A stretch of 64,000 bases of DNA from Polymyxa betae A26-41 (GCA_003693705.1 RBZT01000703.1:1-64000); one strand, 5' to 3'. Shown: positions 49,695 through 62,892, numbered from the stretch's first letter. Notes: generated by a model from the letters alone, not told the origin. Translations and numbers: made by a program.

Positions 49695-51049
49695 TCAATC
49701 GTTGTGTATTTCTTGAGAAGATCGAATAAATAATAAGATGCTAACTCTGGAAAAAGCAATCACTTCCTTCAATGTGGAAACAAGCAGCAAAGGATTATCG
49801 GTATCAAGCGTCCATACCATGTTATATACTGGATCTGAAAACTGCAAACGACCAGCAAACTTCGCAGTTTCATCCTCGGTGAATTCATATACCAGAATCT
49901 CCTGCACCCAAGATCCGATAAGCAAGAATTCCCCGAATGGATCGAATGAGAACGAGGTTAAACAATCGCTTGTATCGGATTCGGATAAGAATGTCAACGA
50001 ATCGTGACTGGCCTATATATCACAATCAGCATGTCTGAATAATGCATCATCAGATACATTACATCTAGTCCTTTTTCCACATTATGGAACATGAATGCAC
50101 CACCAAGAGCAGCGACAGCAACCAACGATATGGCACTTGTGCCTTGATACAATCTAACTGCAGGTAGAGGGCCATCTAACAAAAAGACACCAATCTTGGA
50201 CCATTGAAATTCGCAATCGCCTGGGGTTGCTTTACAAACGATAATGGTGCCGTCATTACATCCGGCAGCGATAATCCTCGATTCCTAGCAATACCCATTA
50301 ACAATTGGATGCCTGGTTGCCAAAAATCGACCGACGTCCTTCCAAAGAGAATCGATGGACATTATGGGGCTTGGTAGCTGATAGAAAATACTATGTGGAA
50401 ACGATGTGTCTCTCACATCTTCCAGGGACAAACAGCTTAGAATGTGAACGGAGCCATCTGACCCGGATACTAAGACATTGGGGTTATCATGGCTACCGGG
50501 ATGTTATCCTAAGAATTATAGGAAAGAATGATAGCTTACTTTCGTATCGGATCCGGGATGTTCGAGATGACAAACGGCACATAAGCAACCTTCCGACAGA
50601 CAGAAAATTGGATAGAACTACACCTTCACTGACGAATTATGGTAAGCAAGGTGATAATTATTGTTAGACGATACCTAGTTGAGAACTGGACGATAAACTG
50701 GCAAGACGTGACAATTTCATCATCAACAGATCCAGAGCAAGTAGCGCCGGCAATATACGAAACGTCAGCCTTGGTATCGTCCCAAGCATGAATGGAGATG
50801 AGTTCTCCTGTGAGATCTAAGTCTAATTCCAATGGCTTCAGGAATTTCCTATCAAGACTGAGCTGGAATATTGAATTCGTTGCTATGGCTATCGTCACAA
50901 ACAGAAGTTTGGCCAGCGAGAATCAGCAAACCTTGGCAACCGATTAATAACCCTAGACATTGGCTGTAGGCCGACAAATAAAGACTAGAATGACATCCAC
51001 GAGGCATTCGCTCCGATAGCACAGGATCGGGGCTCGCCATCATCACATG
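49695..51049 (-). CDS. KPTN: Kaptin-like beta-propeller protein (KICSTOR subunit), multi-exon; ends approximate
   Basis: ELISIHAW...YIAGAT, LVSGSDGSVHIL, IIAAGCNDG, LDGPLPAVRL, FHNVEKGL, LSESDTSDCL, LLIGSWVQEILVYEF, FSDPVYNM and VSTLKEV occur in the order I recall for kaptin. Confidence 0.6.
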
Positions 51050-51123
51050 ACAGCTAATTAGAACAGCGACGCTGTTTTTATTCCGAATAGAAGTACAAGT
51101 ATTATAATTGAGAATTTTGAGGA

Positions 51124-51414
51124 TTAAGACCACGCGTAATCGGGGTACCGCTGGTGTAGGTCCCAGACAATGTTCCTGTTGAGTGTTGATATCTCTCTTT
51201 TTATATCATTGGTCTCCTTTCTTAACTCATTGAACGTGGTTGAGAGATCCACCCTCATATCGTGCAGCGTCTTTACGATGGTCAGTAAGTTACCGTTGAT
51301 CTCCTGAAACAGACGGTTGGAGCGGCGTTCATGATAGGCACCGATCAGACACGATATCATAGCTATCAGGAGAAAAAGGATCAGAACACAGCAGACTGCA
51401 ATAATTAAATCCAT
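51124..51414 (-). CDS. Small orphan protein: N-terminal TM plus coiled coil (96 aa)
   Basis: Clean intronless ATG-TAA ORF; ~25 hydrophobic residues followed by a heptad-like region. Confidence 0.5.
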   Translation of the reverse strand: MDLIIAVCCVLILFLLIAMISCLIGAYHERRSNRLFQEINGNLLTIVKTLHDMRVDLSTTFNELRKETNDIKREISTLNRNIVWDLHQRYPDYAWS

Positions 51415-51892
51415 CTAAGCGGCCGACCTCCGATGGCAGCTCCGACATGGTCCACAAGAAAGCTCACGATGTTTCGTCCATAGTTGATACTAGTTCTGAA
51501 AACAGGGGAGCAGGGGAAAGATGCGAATACGGCAATTGTAATAAACCGAGAACCGTTCGAGGAAGGGGAAGAAGTAGAGAGCAGGGACTGGATCAAAAGG
51601 AAGAATTAAGCGGGACGAGGAGGAGAGCTGGGGAAAGGAACAGAGGAGCGGGAATACCCTACGATTTAAAGAAATCAATAAAGGTTCGGTTCAAAACGAC
51701 GTTGAACGAACTGATCATGAAGGCCCAGTTCGTTCCATCAGTTCGTTCCTGTTGCAAGCTTTATTGGATTGGTTATCCGTTACAATGTACACCTGATAAA
51801 TATCTAGGGCAGCTACCGTTGGTTATGACAGCAATGCGTCAGCGCACAGGAAGAGGAACTCCCCAACAAAAGATGAGATATACCATAAAGTA

Positions 51893-52472
51893 CTCCCTCT
51901 GGTCAGAAATACCTCAATAATAAGTGTCCGATTCACGCAGTTCCTCAAACTTAGTGTGAATTTCTTGTATATATCCCGTGGTTGCGATTTTGCCGTAGTT
52001 CTTGTTCCGTTTACGGTATCTATATTTCTCTACATTAGCTTTATAATAAATGGGGCTGCGCTATGGCGACTACCCGGACTACGGTAGAAGATTGCCTGGA
52101 AAACACCCGCTGAGGTTCTGGATTGCAACCAATCATCATGACTAATGTCGCTGAATCTACCCACGGTGCCAAGAAGCCGAATGCTACAAATGAAGAGAGA
52201 GTAGGCATCCTACAGATTCTGCAGTAAACATTAACGGCAAAAAGCTAAGAAAAGGAGCCATTCAAGAAATTGCATCCAAATTCCAAAAATCATCGAAGAC
52301 AATTTCACGAATTTGGAGTAAAGCTCGAAAAAGCCTTCATAAGGGTTTAACAAGGCGGAAAGCGTCTTGATTGCATTAGAAAACCAATAAAGCTATGAGA
52401 TTCAGATACTGGACACTTATTTCTGACCAAAATTATCAGTGGAATGGGACACTTATTTCTGACCAGAGGGAG
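51893..52472 (+). mobile_element. Internally deleted Tc1/mariner (Stowaway/plant-oomycete mariner-like) DNA transposon
   Basis: TA TSDs at 51891-51892 and 52473-52474; TIR CTCCCTCTGGTCAGAAATA...AGTGTCC at both ends; inner repeat GGACACTTATTTCTGACCA at 52411-52429; transposase HTH remnant NATNEERVGILQILQ/NGKKLRKGAIQEIASKFQKSSKTISRIW. Confidence 0.9.
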
Positions 52473-53301
52473 TAAAATGTTTTATCAAATCGTTTGAGGA
52501 TTTGGGTTCCCTAGATTAAAGAGAGAAAGAAGATGAGAAAACTGACGAAATGAAGAATTTTAGTGCTACAGACTTGTCAACAACTACCACCCATCTCCAA
52601 CCTCAGCTTCGTTACTGGGTGTAGGTGGTGCTCCTTTCTTTCATTCAATACTGTGGATCATTTTTTGTTTGGTGAATGACTCGGGAGAAAAGTGGGGATT
52701 GAATTGGTGGACGTATTTTTGGGTCCTTTAGATCATTTAGGTATGGCCGTATGGGAGCGTTATTTTGGATTTTCCTACTTTGTTTTGGGGCGGGTATGAT
52801 TTGTGGATTTTGGATTACAGTTTTTGGATTCTGAAAATTGGATGGGCGGACTAGATTTCTATTTTGGTTTTTTGGGATGGGGTATGTATATGGATGTCAT
52901 TTTCAAAGTTTAGTCGGGAAAAATATCGACACCTTCACCTTTTTTTTGGCGATATATTTTAAGAATGATTGCTACTTTGCGAAATGTTGCCACATTCTCG
53001 CAAACTGAACAAAGTTCCGGACGGAATATAGAAGTTACGTTAGAGCGCTCGCAAATTGTAGTCCCTAAGAAAAAACACGTTTTAAATGGAATCAGGACCA
53101 AGCTCAGTAACAAATGAGTTCATAAAAAGTCATCAACGAAACTATGATCCGTTTGAGTGTCGTCTTGATAGATTTTTTAGCCACTGAGCCAAAGAAAAAA
53201 TTGGAAAAAGCTGACTGGTCGAAAGTCATTTACGGACAAATTTTTTAGGTGGCCATCATTGGCTGACTCACTATTATTTTGTTTTCGTTCGAGACAAAGG
53301 G

Positions 53302-53794
53302 ATGATGCTCTCTCGAATTGTTCGCTTGCGATCTAATCGGCTCGCCCAAGTTTGCCCACGATTCTACCACAAAAACGTCATTGATCATTATGAGAACCCG
53401 AGGAATGTGGGGACGCTCGATCGTAAAGACAAATCGGTCGGGACCGGGCTCGTTGGTGCCCCTGCTTGTGGTGATGTTTTACGCCTACAGATCAAGGTAG
53501 GCCAGCCAAACTTCCCGCCTCGTAATTACTGATCAATATCAGGTTAATGAAGAGGGCATTATCAGCGATGCCAAATTCAAAACATTCGGTTGTGGCTCTG
53601 CTATCGCATCTTCGTCGCTAGCCTCCGAGTGGGTTATTGGAAGGAGTGTTGACAGTGTTACCGAGATCAGGAACACTGATATTGCCAAGCATCTTAACCT
53701 ACCTCCAGTAAAGATGCATTGCTCGATGCTTGCAGAAGATGCTATTAAATCAGCTGTTGAGGATTACAAGAAGAAGAACACCGCCTCCGGTTGA
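53302..53794 (+). CDS. ISCU: Mitochondrial Fe-S cluster scaffold IscU/Isu1
   Basis: YHKNVIDHYENPRNVG, GAPACGDV, FKTFGCGSAIASSS and LPPVKMHCSMLAEDAI. Confidence 0.98.
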
Positions 53795-53853
53795 TCAAAA
53801 GATATACGCTACATAATCTTTTAATTAAATTACAGTAGATTTATCATCAAATT

Positions 53854-55793
53854 CTAATTACTCTCTGATACAATTGATTCCGGTGATTCTGCTGATCTGT
53901 TTTGCGTTGCAGCGAATTCGTTACGATGTAACTGAGGGCGTTCGCAAGCTACTGAAGCGCTTTGCTCTGTTGTAGCAGCCGATTCTACAAAGCTTGCCGT
54001 CGTAGCCGATTCTGCAGAGGATATGTTAGCGGCTGATTCTGCAAGAGTAGCTAGAGCAAGAGCGAGATCATCCGATTCCGATTCGTTAGTTACTGTTAAG
54101 ACTTGCCGAAATCCTTCTTCCAATAGCGGCCTACGCAAAATCAATGAGCAAGATCCAGAGGACAAATGTGATCGTAACCGTTCGAATTCCTGTACGAAAC
54201 GAAGCAGAACGTCAACGCTGGCAGGATGGGCAGCCAACGTTGGATGTCCGTCGCGGGTTAGAATTCGATGAGCACAAAGCTGCGGTCGCGTATCGAAGAG
54301 CACCCCAAGAACATTGGCAACGCGCTCGGACCGTGCCAGATCCAGAAAGAACGCTCGCTGCTTCACTGAGATATTCGTTCGGTCGATGATCACAGATGAC
54401 CCGGTAGCCAAAGCTTCTCGAGCTGCACGAAGACAATTATCTCTGGTTCTCAGTTCATCCTAGGAGAAAATGCTTCTCAAACCACAGCACATCCGAAGAT
54501 TCTGTGTACCTGATTGATGCGAACGAACCGTGTCGATAATGCCAGAAGGTTCGTAGCGAAGAAGCTTTTCCCACAACCTGGTAACCCACAGAGTATCAGC
54601 ATGGTCCTTTGATCAACCTGGGACTGTAATGGCGGCTTTGGATTCACAATAGTGGCAACAACGTTCCGGATCGCATCTTGAAATTGGTACCATTTCCTTT
54701 GCGGCAATCCCAGCGTTTCGAAATTGACATCTTCCTGGTCTCGTAGTAATTGACGAATTCGCTTCTCCAGCCCCATATCAAAATATCGCCATCGATCTTG
54801 CTCGATCATATTGGTGGTGCACTCCCAAACAGTTGCATCAATCAAGGAACCTTCCTCGTTGGTGAGGCACAGCCATTCGCCACGAGAGCGCATTCGAGGA
54901 GATTTGAAGTTCTCGGGAATGTGATCGGGAAGCGTTCTAATTTTGGCGACCTGGTATTCAATCATGTTTAATTGAATGGGAGTAATCGGTTCCCGAACAC
55001 AAGGATAGATGGATCCGTCTTTAGTGGCCGCCCATAATGGCAACAGACCCCGATCAAGGCCATGATGCACAAGGCCAGGCAAACGATCGCCGCACAAATC
55101 AAACGTCATCGATTGCCATCGTTCATCTTGGAGCAGTTGTAATTCAGGAACGAAATTTAAGGGGGTATCGCCAAACAAGAGCGACAAAATTTCCAGGCTG
55201 CGATCGCCTAATTCCAGATTCCGGCTTCCGCTGATTCTGGGGCATCGACAAGCTGAGATGGCGACCTCTCCATCGACTACAACCTTGAAGAAGGTGATTT
55301 GAATCACGCCATCTGGTATGGGAATAAATCCATAGCACTTCGCGGTCGAAGGAAAATCGACAAGACGTCGATCAGATAGATCGGCCAGGTTGTGACGTAC
55401 AGAACGGATGATAGGACAAGGAGGGATGAGAAAGCAACCATCCGTATCTGAGGCGATTGCCACGAATCCTGCTCTCTCTCCAGATCGACAGATAGCTCCA
55501 GGAACAGATGACGAATCGCTGAACGGGTTCGATAAAGACAGAAACTGAAGCTCTCGACAAGATTGCGTCCCAATACAGGCGGAAGCCTGCTTCAGAATTT
55601 TATCGACATCTGGAGCGATTCTTAATGGAGCAGCAGGGGCCGGAGGCAGCGCATGTGGGGTTGTTATTGGATATGACTCGATTGGCAATGATGGAGCTGC
55701 ATCAGCGGTACCTATCTGGTCTGCGTGAGGTGCAGGTCGTGCAGGCGGTGGTGGCATACAGAGATGTGGTCTAAGAGAGTTCAGATTTGTCAT
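53854..55793 (-). CDS. P-loop (AAA_33/PNK-like) kinase with an N-terminal degenerate RNA-ligase-like domain
   Basis: LILCGLPGCGKS, VRINQ|DEL, VIIDRTN and LLEEGF; the N-terminal assignment is inference. Confidence 0.75.
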
Positions 55794-55924
55794 AGTGATC
55801 TGCTGACAATCACAAAGCGACGCTCCCGGACTGCGTCTCTGCTAATTGCTGGGCAATCCTCAGCAACATTTATTATAGGTAAATAATAAACCTGGAATAA
55901 TCGATTAACAAAATCATTTACACA

Positions 55925-56553
55925 AGAACCTGGCTGGTGCGGACAGGTTCGAAGGTCAACGACATGAATGCGGCTCGTAAACTTTGGTACAGATAGTATG
56001 CACAGTAGAAGTTAAACGGCTGTGATGCTGAGCTGAGTACCGTATAGCAATCAAAGGTACGATAGTCTCACCACGAATAATAAAACCTGACAGGATAAGA
56101 ATAGCGATAGAAGCTTCAATTGCAGCGGTGCGAGCGAAAAGAAGGATGAAATGCGGAAATCCAGCAGAATCATGGCGAGAACAATGACATCGCCAATGCC
56201 TGATATACACAGCAAGACAAGATGCTGAACAGCACGTTAAAATCAGCATACGACTGCTGAGCACGATCTTACGACGAAAACGTATTCGGATTTATGTGAA
56301 TATGCGCCATAGATTCCAGCAAGAAATGTGATAAAAGACGTCGTCATCATGAACCAGTACCTTGACGCGAAAGCGACCATCGTACAGATCTGCAGTCGCG
56401 TCAAAATTACAAATGCCCAAACAAGCGAGCTGAAATCACAATTTGGATCGTGGACAGCGCGATCACGCGCCGCCTCCAAATGTTAATAGCCTGGCGGCGA
56501 AGCCGTGCCAGATCCATGGGCAACAGGCTGGCACTCCCATCTGGCATTGTCAT
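55925..56553 (-). CDS. Small multi-pass membrane protein, multi-exon
   Basis: Hydrophobic exons (ITFLAGIYGAYSHKSEY; MLILTCCSASCLAVYI). Confidence 0.35.
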
Positions 56554-57234
56554 GCCGATTAAGCAGTTAAGCACTTTGGGACCCTATCGCTCACTCCCTA
56601 TAATCGGCAACAAACGACGGCTTAAAAACATATGACACCGCGCATCGCATCACTATGTTCTCTGTATGGCTTATCTCGACCTCGAAATCAGCTGATAACG
56701 AAAGCACCAGCTAACCGAGTCTAGTTTTAACTCTGTCAATAATCCTACGTATCAATACGTCCTAAGCCGAAATGTTTTGCTTTCCACAGGGACAATCGCT
56801 TATTACTCGTCGTCTATAGGATAACAGGCACACTTTACTGAAACCCGCCATTCCAGGGCGAACAGCATAGACAAGGCCCAGGTTTCCGATGCCTGAATAC
56901 AGCAAAACAATGTCCATCTGGGCTTCTGGAACACCTACCATCAGCCCCCTTTATCGGCAGGAACGGTGTGACGGGCAGCTGCCAGTCATCACGAAATTAT
57001 CAGTCGCAGTTTGGGTCAGAACAAATAAGCGCCACTGGTTAGCAGCGTCTCTGTGTGATCTTTCATAGTAAAGTTGCAGACAGAGGAGTCGCCACTGTCA
57101 CTACCGTCGTCTTCGGTCCCACCTCCTTCCCATCAGGTTTGACGAGTCGCTCTGCTCTTCATTCCCGTTATCGCTCGGTCCATCCGCAGTACGTTGTTTT
57201 TGGCTCGGCGTCGTCAATTTGTTCAGCGTTCGCT

Positions 57235-58937
57235 ATGGAATGCTTACAGATCGCTGAGGATCGTTCGGGAGCGCAGCGCCGTTCACGACAGCCGCGGCCG
57301 ATATGGAATCACAACGTCTCCCGCCGGTGCTCTGCGGATGCTTTGACGACCTCATCGTATTGTCGGTCGCTACGCTCACCGAGCTCAAGAACACATCGTG
57401 GCATCACCCGTCATCGCCGTTTCCATTACAGCTGCTCAAGCGAAGCTAGGTTTCCGATGAGGCAGCGTTCTGATTCTGGATTGCCACCATTACGATCGTT
57501 GGAATACGGCATGGGTCCTCATGGCGCCTATAACGGCGCTTGGAAGACATTACCCTCAGCGCCACATTTCTCGTACGATGATGATTCGTTCCACACGCCG
57601 TTGATGTTGTCTCTTGACTGTCAGGCGCCAATCGAGGTGGTTAACGAGAGCCGATCACCAACGCCTTGTCTGAGCACGATTTGGCAACAGTTCCAGGGTG
57701 GAACCCGAGCATCAAGCCCATCTTCTCCAAGGGAATCAAGCGAACCAGAATCTCCAACAAGGCCAACGCCAAATATACTTCATAGTTGATTCGTTTGCTG
57801 TGAAAATCATTGCATAATAGTGAATTGGTAGAAGTTTTTTGTTGCAACATGCTGAACAGGAATCCGATCTCCAAAATCAACCTTAGAAGTAAATAGTTTT
57901 ACAAAACTTGCATAGTTAGACACTATTGGGGCTGAGATTGGTTCCATAAAGCGACAATATTGATCTCAGAGTCCGTCCTTTGTCCTATCTCAATGATTGG
58001 TAAGCAGTTCCTCTCTGTGAAACGCAGCCCTGCTGGTGTAACAATGAACCTCTCGCACAATCACATTGGTCACAGTGTGATCCTCTTTCTTTCGGAACGT
58101 CACCCAGATCCATCCTTGTCCAAGGAGGCAGTCGTTGTCACTCTTCACGCCTTTCGGCGCATCTTGGGCCTCGGCCGTCATGGTCGTCAAGCGCCGCGCC
58201 CGTGCAATACTCAATAAAATCTCGTTCGAGACGTTCCCGCGACATGTCCATGCATTTAGCGATTTGTTGTTCGAGGCGGACCCAACCGAGTACAATGACT
58301 TTATTGAAATGGTTGGACATCATGCTATCGAGGGCCGTGGCGATTTCGTGAGTCTTTACGGAATGCTGCTTCGCGATTTGTCCAGAGAAAATGAAGTTTT
58401 TAAACAGGCGGTAGGCATGTGTGTTGTGAGCTTTGTTTTATAAGCAACTGACTATTGCTCTGTCTAGCTTTTGAGCCGAATCCTGTTAGCCCTTCGTCTT
58501 GGTCTGGAGAGCAGCAGCGAAAAAGAGCGAAACGAATTTCTGGTTATCGTTGAGCTTATTGGTTGGCTCTGCCGTTGCAATACCATTCCACCAGAAGCCG
58601 TTCAAGGATTTATTGAAAGCGCGTTTATTCACGATACTTCGTTCTCCTTGGAAGTGTGATTCTTTTTGAAACGCAATCTCCGAATCTAAACCGTTTTTAG
58701 GCGATTTGCCGATTACTAACAGTGCTGAAGTCCTCGCACGAGAAAATGTTTGAATCGTATTTTGATCGCCTTGTGCAAGCATGGACAGCGCGATTTTCCA
58801 ATCGCTTGCGCTTTTTGATTCTCGATTTGATTGAGTTACGGGAACGGCGCTGGCTTCCACGTCGCCAACCTGATTATCTACCCATGATGAAATTGTCTGA
58901 ATTCCGTCATTACGTTCTCAAGCAGCCGACCGGCTAG
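57235..58937 (+). CDS. MIF4G-domain (eIF4G-like) protein
   Basis: RARAILNKISFETF, IVELIGWL and SNRLRFLILDLIELRERRW. Confidence 0.8.
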
Positions 58938-59074
58938 GCCTGACGCCTTCTGTCCTCAGTGCAGACATTCCAATTGACTAAACTGCGAGGCTTCTTTCAT
59001 GCCACAAGAATATCTACATTTCTGAATTCGGCTCATTTCCAAAGCATTGTTTTTTACCATACTTAGATCAAGCG

Positions 59075-60922
59075 TTAGTTTTTCGCTGATTTGTTAATCT
59101 TCTTCCGTTTGGCGGTCAAAACTGCCACCTTCTTTTTCTTCTCGTTGATACCATACTGCATCTTGGAGTACAGCCTCTTCTTCTTGTTGGTCATCATGAT
59201 CTTAGCCAACTCCTTCTGTTCTTCCTCCTCGGTCATTAATGCGGGCTCAGCTGCGACTTCGACAGCCTTAGGCTTCGGTGACTCTTCATCATCAGCATCA
59301 CTCTCATCGTCTTCGCAGGCCTCGATAGCTGCAAGCATGTTAGAAAGCCCTAATTCTGATAAAGGTGCCGTTACCATCCAGAACAGACGTATTCTGGGTC
59401 CATGCTTCAATAACTTTTCTTTGTGTTGGGACGTAGCCTTCGGCTGAATCATCAACAAACGGCGATAAGTGAGGAGGAAGTTTCTGCCCAATGCCATACG
59501 GATGAATGGGTAATGGCGAACCAGCATTGAAGCTGTCAAACACCTGCAAAGCATGTTGGATATTATGGAATAGATGAGAAGGTCGTCTAACCCATTGAGG
59601 CTGGATATATTCACGGGTTGGCAGAGCAGGCGATCGAAGAGCTGGTCTGTCTACAACTTGATGAGTGATAACCTCAGCAAGATCTTCGGTATAGTCGTCT
59701 TCGTGGTAAGCGCGTCCACCTCCGCTGAGAATAACAAATTCCAGTGCATCGACTGGTGTCTAAAAAGCGATTAAGACAAGTTTTTGAAGACGCCAATGTA
59801 TTTACTTCACGAGATAGCAGGAACACCAAGTCTCTGAATGGCATCTTGTTTGTGGAATCTTGATCTGCCGACACAGATTCAATGAACTCGGCATCGATCT
59901 TTTCGTCTTCAGATTTGTCGCTCTTGGAAATGGTCACCGCAGATAGCATTCGGCCTATAGCAATTAGAAGAGGCGTTAATAAAAGGGTATCAAAATACCC
60001 TTAGCAACGCTCTCGGAATCGACTTTAGGCGGGTACACCAATTCCAAATCGTGATAGAGTTTGAAATTCACAAAGCGTAGCAAAGTCAGATAAAAGTCCA
60101 AGAATGTCAACCTATGAGACCCGTCATGATACTGAAATATACAGCATGGCGTGGCTTTCAAACGAACATGACACGATAGTCAACGTCATCAGGACAGTAT
60201 TGAGCGAATTTGTGTGGCACGACCCAGGTGATCAGCTCGCCTTGAATATCGGCTTGGTAATAGACCCCTTTCACAGACACGAACACCTTGCGTAAAGAGT
60301 GCTCATGGGCAACAATGCTCAGGAACTCACGAGCGGTTTGAGTACATTGTTCAGCGGCTATGACGATCATGTCAGAAATCGTGAAGCGAAGCGAAACACA
60401 TTCTTCTATTACTTGATGATTTGTGATAGGGAGTGAGGCCGCTGGGAAGATGTGCAAATAGATGAACCAGAGTCAGCGCATCGTCGATATCACGCAGAGC
60501 ATCGACGAAAAAAGGATAGCGCTCTCTCACGAGATGATCTAAATTAAGAACTGGTTTACGTTTCTCAAGAGATTCAAGCATGTTTTCTTCGTGACGCATA
60601 ATAAGACCTAAAAGCATTGTCAGAAAGCTGACAAAACGGAGAAAATGATGCTTGTCGTACGTTTCTTCTGACGCAAGAAGACTTTCATTTCACGAAATTT
60701 ACGAAGAAGCGGTTCGTGAACAAGGAAGGCGATATCCTTCTTGTGATAGTAAGTTTTGTCTTTGCCATTGGCCTTCTTCCTGGGATCTCGGGGATAAATC
60801 CCTTTGAGAATGCAAAGACGACGGAAGTCTTTAAGAGAGACTTGCAACTTCCGAACGGCCTGACCACGTGTGTAATAGGCCGCAGCTGTGCCTGATTTCC
60901 CAGCTTTCTTCATGCGCCCCAT
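59075..60922 (-). CDS. PES1: Pescadillo / Nop7
   Basis: [51 protein letters not shown] and LPPHLSPFV. Confidence 0.97.
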
Positions 60923-61111
60923 TCTGACAAGACTTTTGTGAAGATTCCTGAATCACAAAAAACCAGGAATTTGCAACAGGTGGAGTCCGCGGCGGACCCC
61001 GTCACGCAAAAAAGTAATGAAATTTTTCACGTTTTTCTTGTTTGAAACTTGAGTGCTGGCTTGAATATCCATTAGACCATTACGTATGTCGGTATGTGTT
61101 TATTTGCAAAT

Positions 61112-62328
61112 TTAAGCAATTCCAGCTTCAGACTTCTCTTCGAGGAGTTCCTTCTCAGTAACCTTCATGGCTTCCTTGACATAAGGCGGGATCTCGAGGC
61201 CAGTAACTACAGACCAGTTACCGTCTTTGCAGGTTACTGGCAGAGAGTAGAACAAATCAGAAGCTACACCGTATGGCGCATTGCTGGTGCCAGTATAAAC
61301 AGCCATCGAGACGAACTCTCCAGGTGCTGTTCCAAGCAGCCATGAACGCAGATGGTCCTGGCAATAATCAGTCAAATCTTATTCATATTGTACGAGATCT
61401 CCCAACCTTCACAGCATTGGCAGCTGACATAGCACTGCTTAATCCACGAGCAGCAATAACGTCAGCACCACGGTTTTGAACGATCGTCATAAATTCACTC
61501 TTGAAGTACGACTCGTCAAGTTTTTTTGACAATGGAGTCTGGGAGCCTGATCCATCGGTAAAGACAGCTTGAGAGGCATCGGGAACCTGGGTCTGGTACA
61601 GTTATATAAGTCATTGAAAGCAGATAAAATAAACTATCAATATCTACCTTGGAGTGGTTTCCCCAAATAATTACATTTTTGATTTGATTAGCATTGGCGT
61701 TCAACTTCTTGGCGACCTGGCCCATACCTCGGTTCATGTCCAATCTGGTCAAGGCGCTAAAATTTGATTTGGGGAGCTTCGGGGCATATTTAGCAGCAAT
61801 GGCACAGTTGGTGTTGGCCGGGTTAGCAACGACAAGAACGTGGCAATCGGGAGCAGCGCTAATATCGTTGTTAATAGTGTGGACTCTGCAAACCCATGAT
61901 TCTCACTAATCGTTTAAAGCTTGTCCAGCTGCAACGAAGATAGGTCGGTTCTTTGCCATCAGATCCTTGCGTTCCATTCCAGGTCCACGAGGGAAACCTC
62001 CAACAAGGATTGCTACCTAGGTGAAAGTCAGCGCATTTGATCGTCTAATTCTCTGAGTTAGAAGATGGCGTACCTGAACTCCCTGGAAAGCTTCTTTCAA
62101 TTCGGTAGTAGCTAAGACCGATTGCACAAGAGGATAAGCACAATCCTCAATTTCCATGGCGACACCAGAGAGCGTCTTCTGGGCCTGAGGAATATCCAGC
62201 AGAACCAGATCGATTGGAGTCTGTTGGCCGAAAACTTGACCAGAGGCGACCAGAGGGATGAGGCTGTAGGCAATCTGCCCAGCGGCGCCGGTGATCAGAA
62301 CACGCTTGGAAGTTGATGCAGACACCAT
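61112..62328 (-). CDS. MDH1: Cytosolic malate dehydrogenase
   Basis: [42 protein letters not shown] and IWGNHS. Confidence 0.97.
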
Positions 62329-62536
62329 GATTCGAGCGATTTAAACAACTAAATTGATAAGTCCGATTAGCTTTGGTTGCAACAACAGATACCGCGTTGA
62401 CGCAACGCGGTACCAAGGGGCGATGCTGCCCATGCGCCACATTATGGATTTTCGCAGTTTCATTCGATTTTTATTTATGTTACATACAGTACGAAGCAGG
62501 TGGATAGCAGATCAAGAGGTACTGACAGCACAGTGA

Positions 62537-62688
62537 AGGATTGGATTGGATTGGATTTATTAGTTTGTTGATTTTGTCAACGGGCGGCGCGGTGACCCTC
62601 GCGCAAGGCAGGTAGTACTGAGGCATCGCCTCAATATCTACCAGGGGACTCTTACTTCCAGTTTCAGAGCCGATAACTAATTCACCCA
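62537..62688 (-). mobile_element. 152-bp 5'-truncated LINE copy (or SINE-like element) related to the element at 1-3060
   Basis: (AATCC)4 tail at 62538-62557; 14-bp TSD tgacagcacagtga (62523-62536) / tgacaggacagtga (62689-62702) with 1 mismatch; shares CATGGG..GAATTA, GAAA..AAGTA, AGGGT and CGCCC blocks with the LINE 3' UTR. Confidence 0.85.
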
Positions 62689-62892
62689 TGACAGGACAGT
62701 GACATCTCTACTTGACAAAGTCAAAAAGAATAGAAAAATAGTCTGAATGCTGGCCTAAGGAACTCGGTCTAGAAATTGCTGTACCGGTATTTGTTTTTTG
62801 ATTCATTTCAGTTCGTGCAACTTATTTTTCAACATAAAGCATTTATTGAACGGATAGAAATGGATAAATGCAAGTTTTAAATACGGTATGAA

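Noticed and set aside
49695-51049. Truncated ciliary WD40 (CFAP43-like) pseudogene
   Set aside because: Exons join into a compact protein whose motif order fits kaptin better
62529-62535. CACAGTG (RAG/Transib heptamer)
   Set aside because: Part of the LINE TSD; no nonamer, partner TIR or transposase
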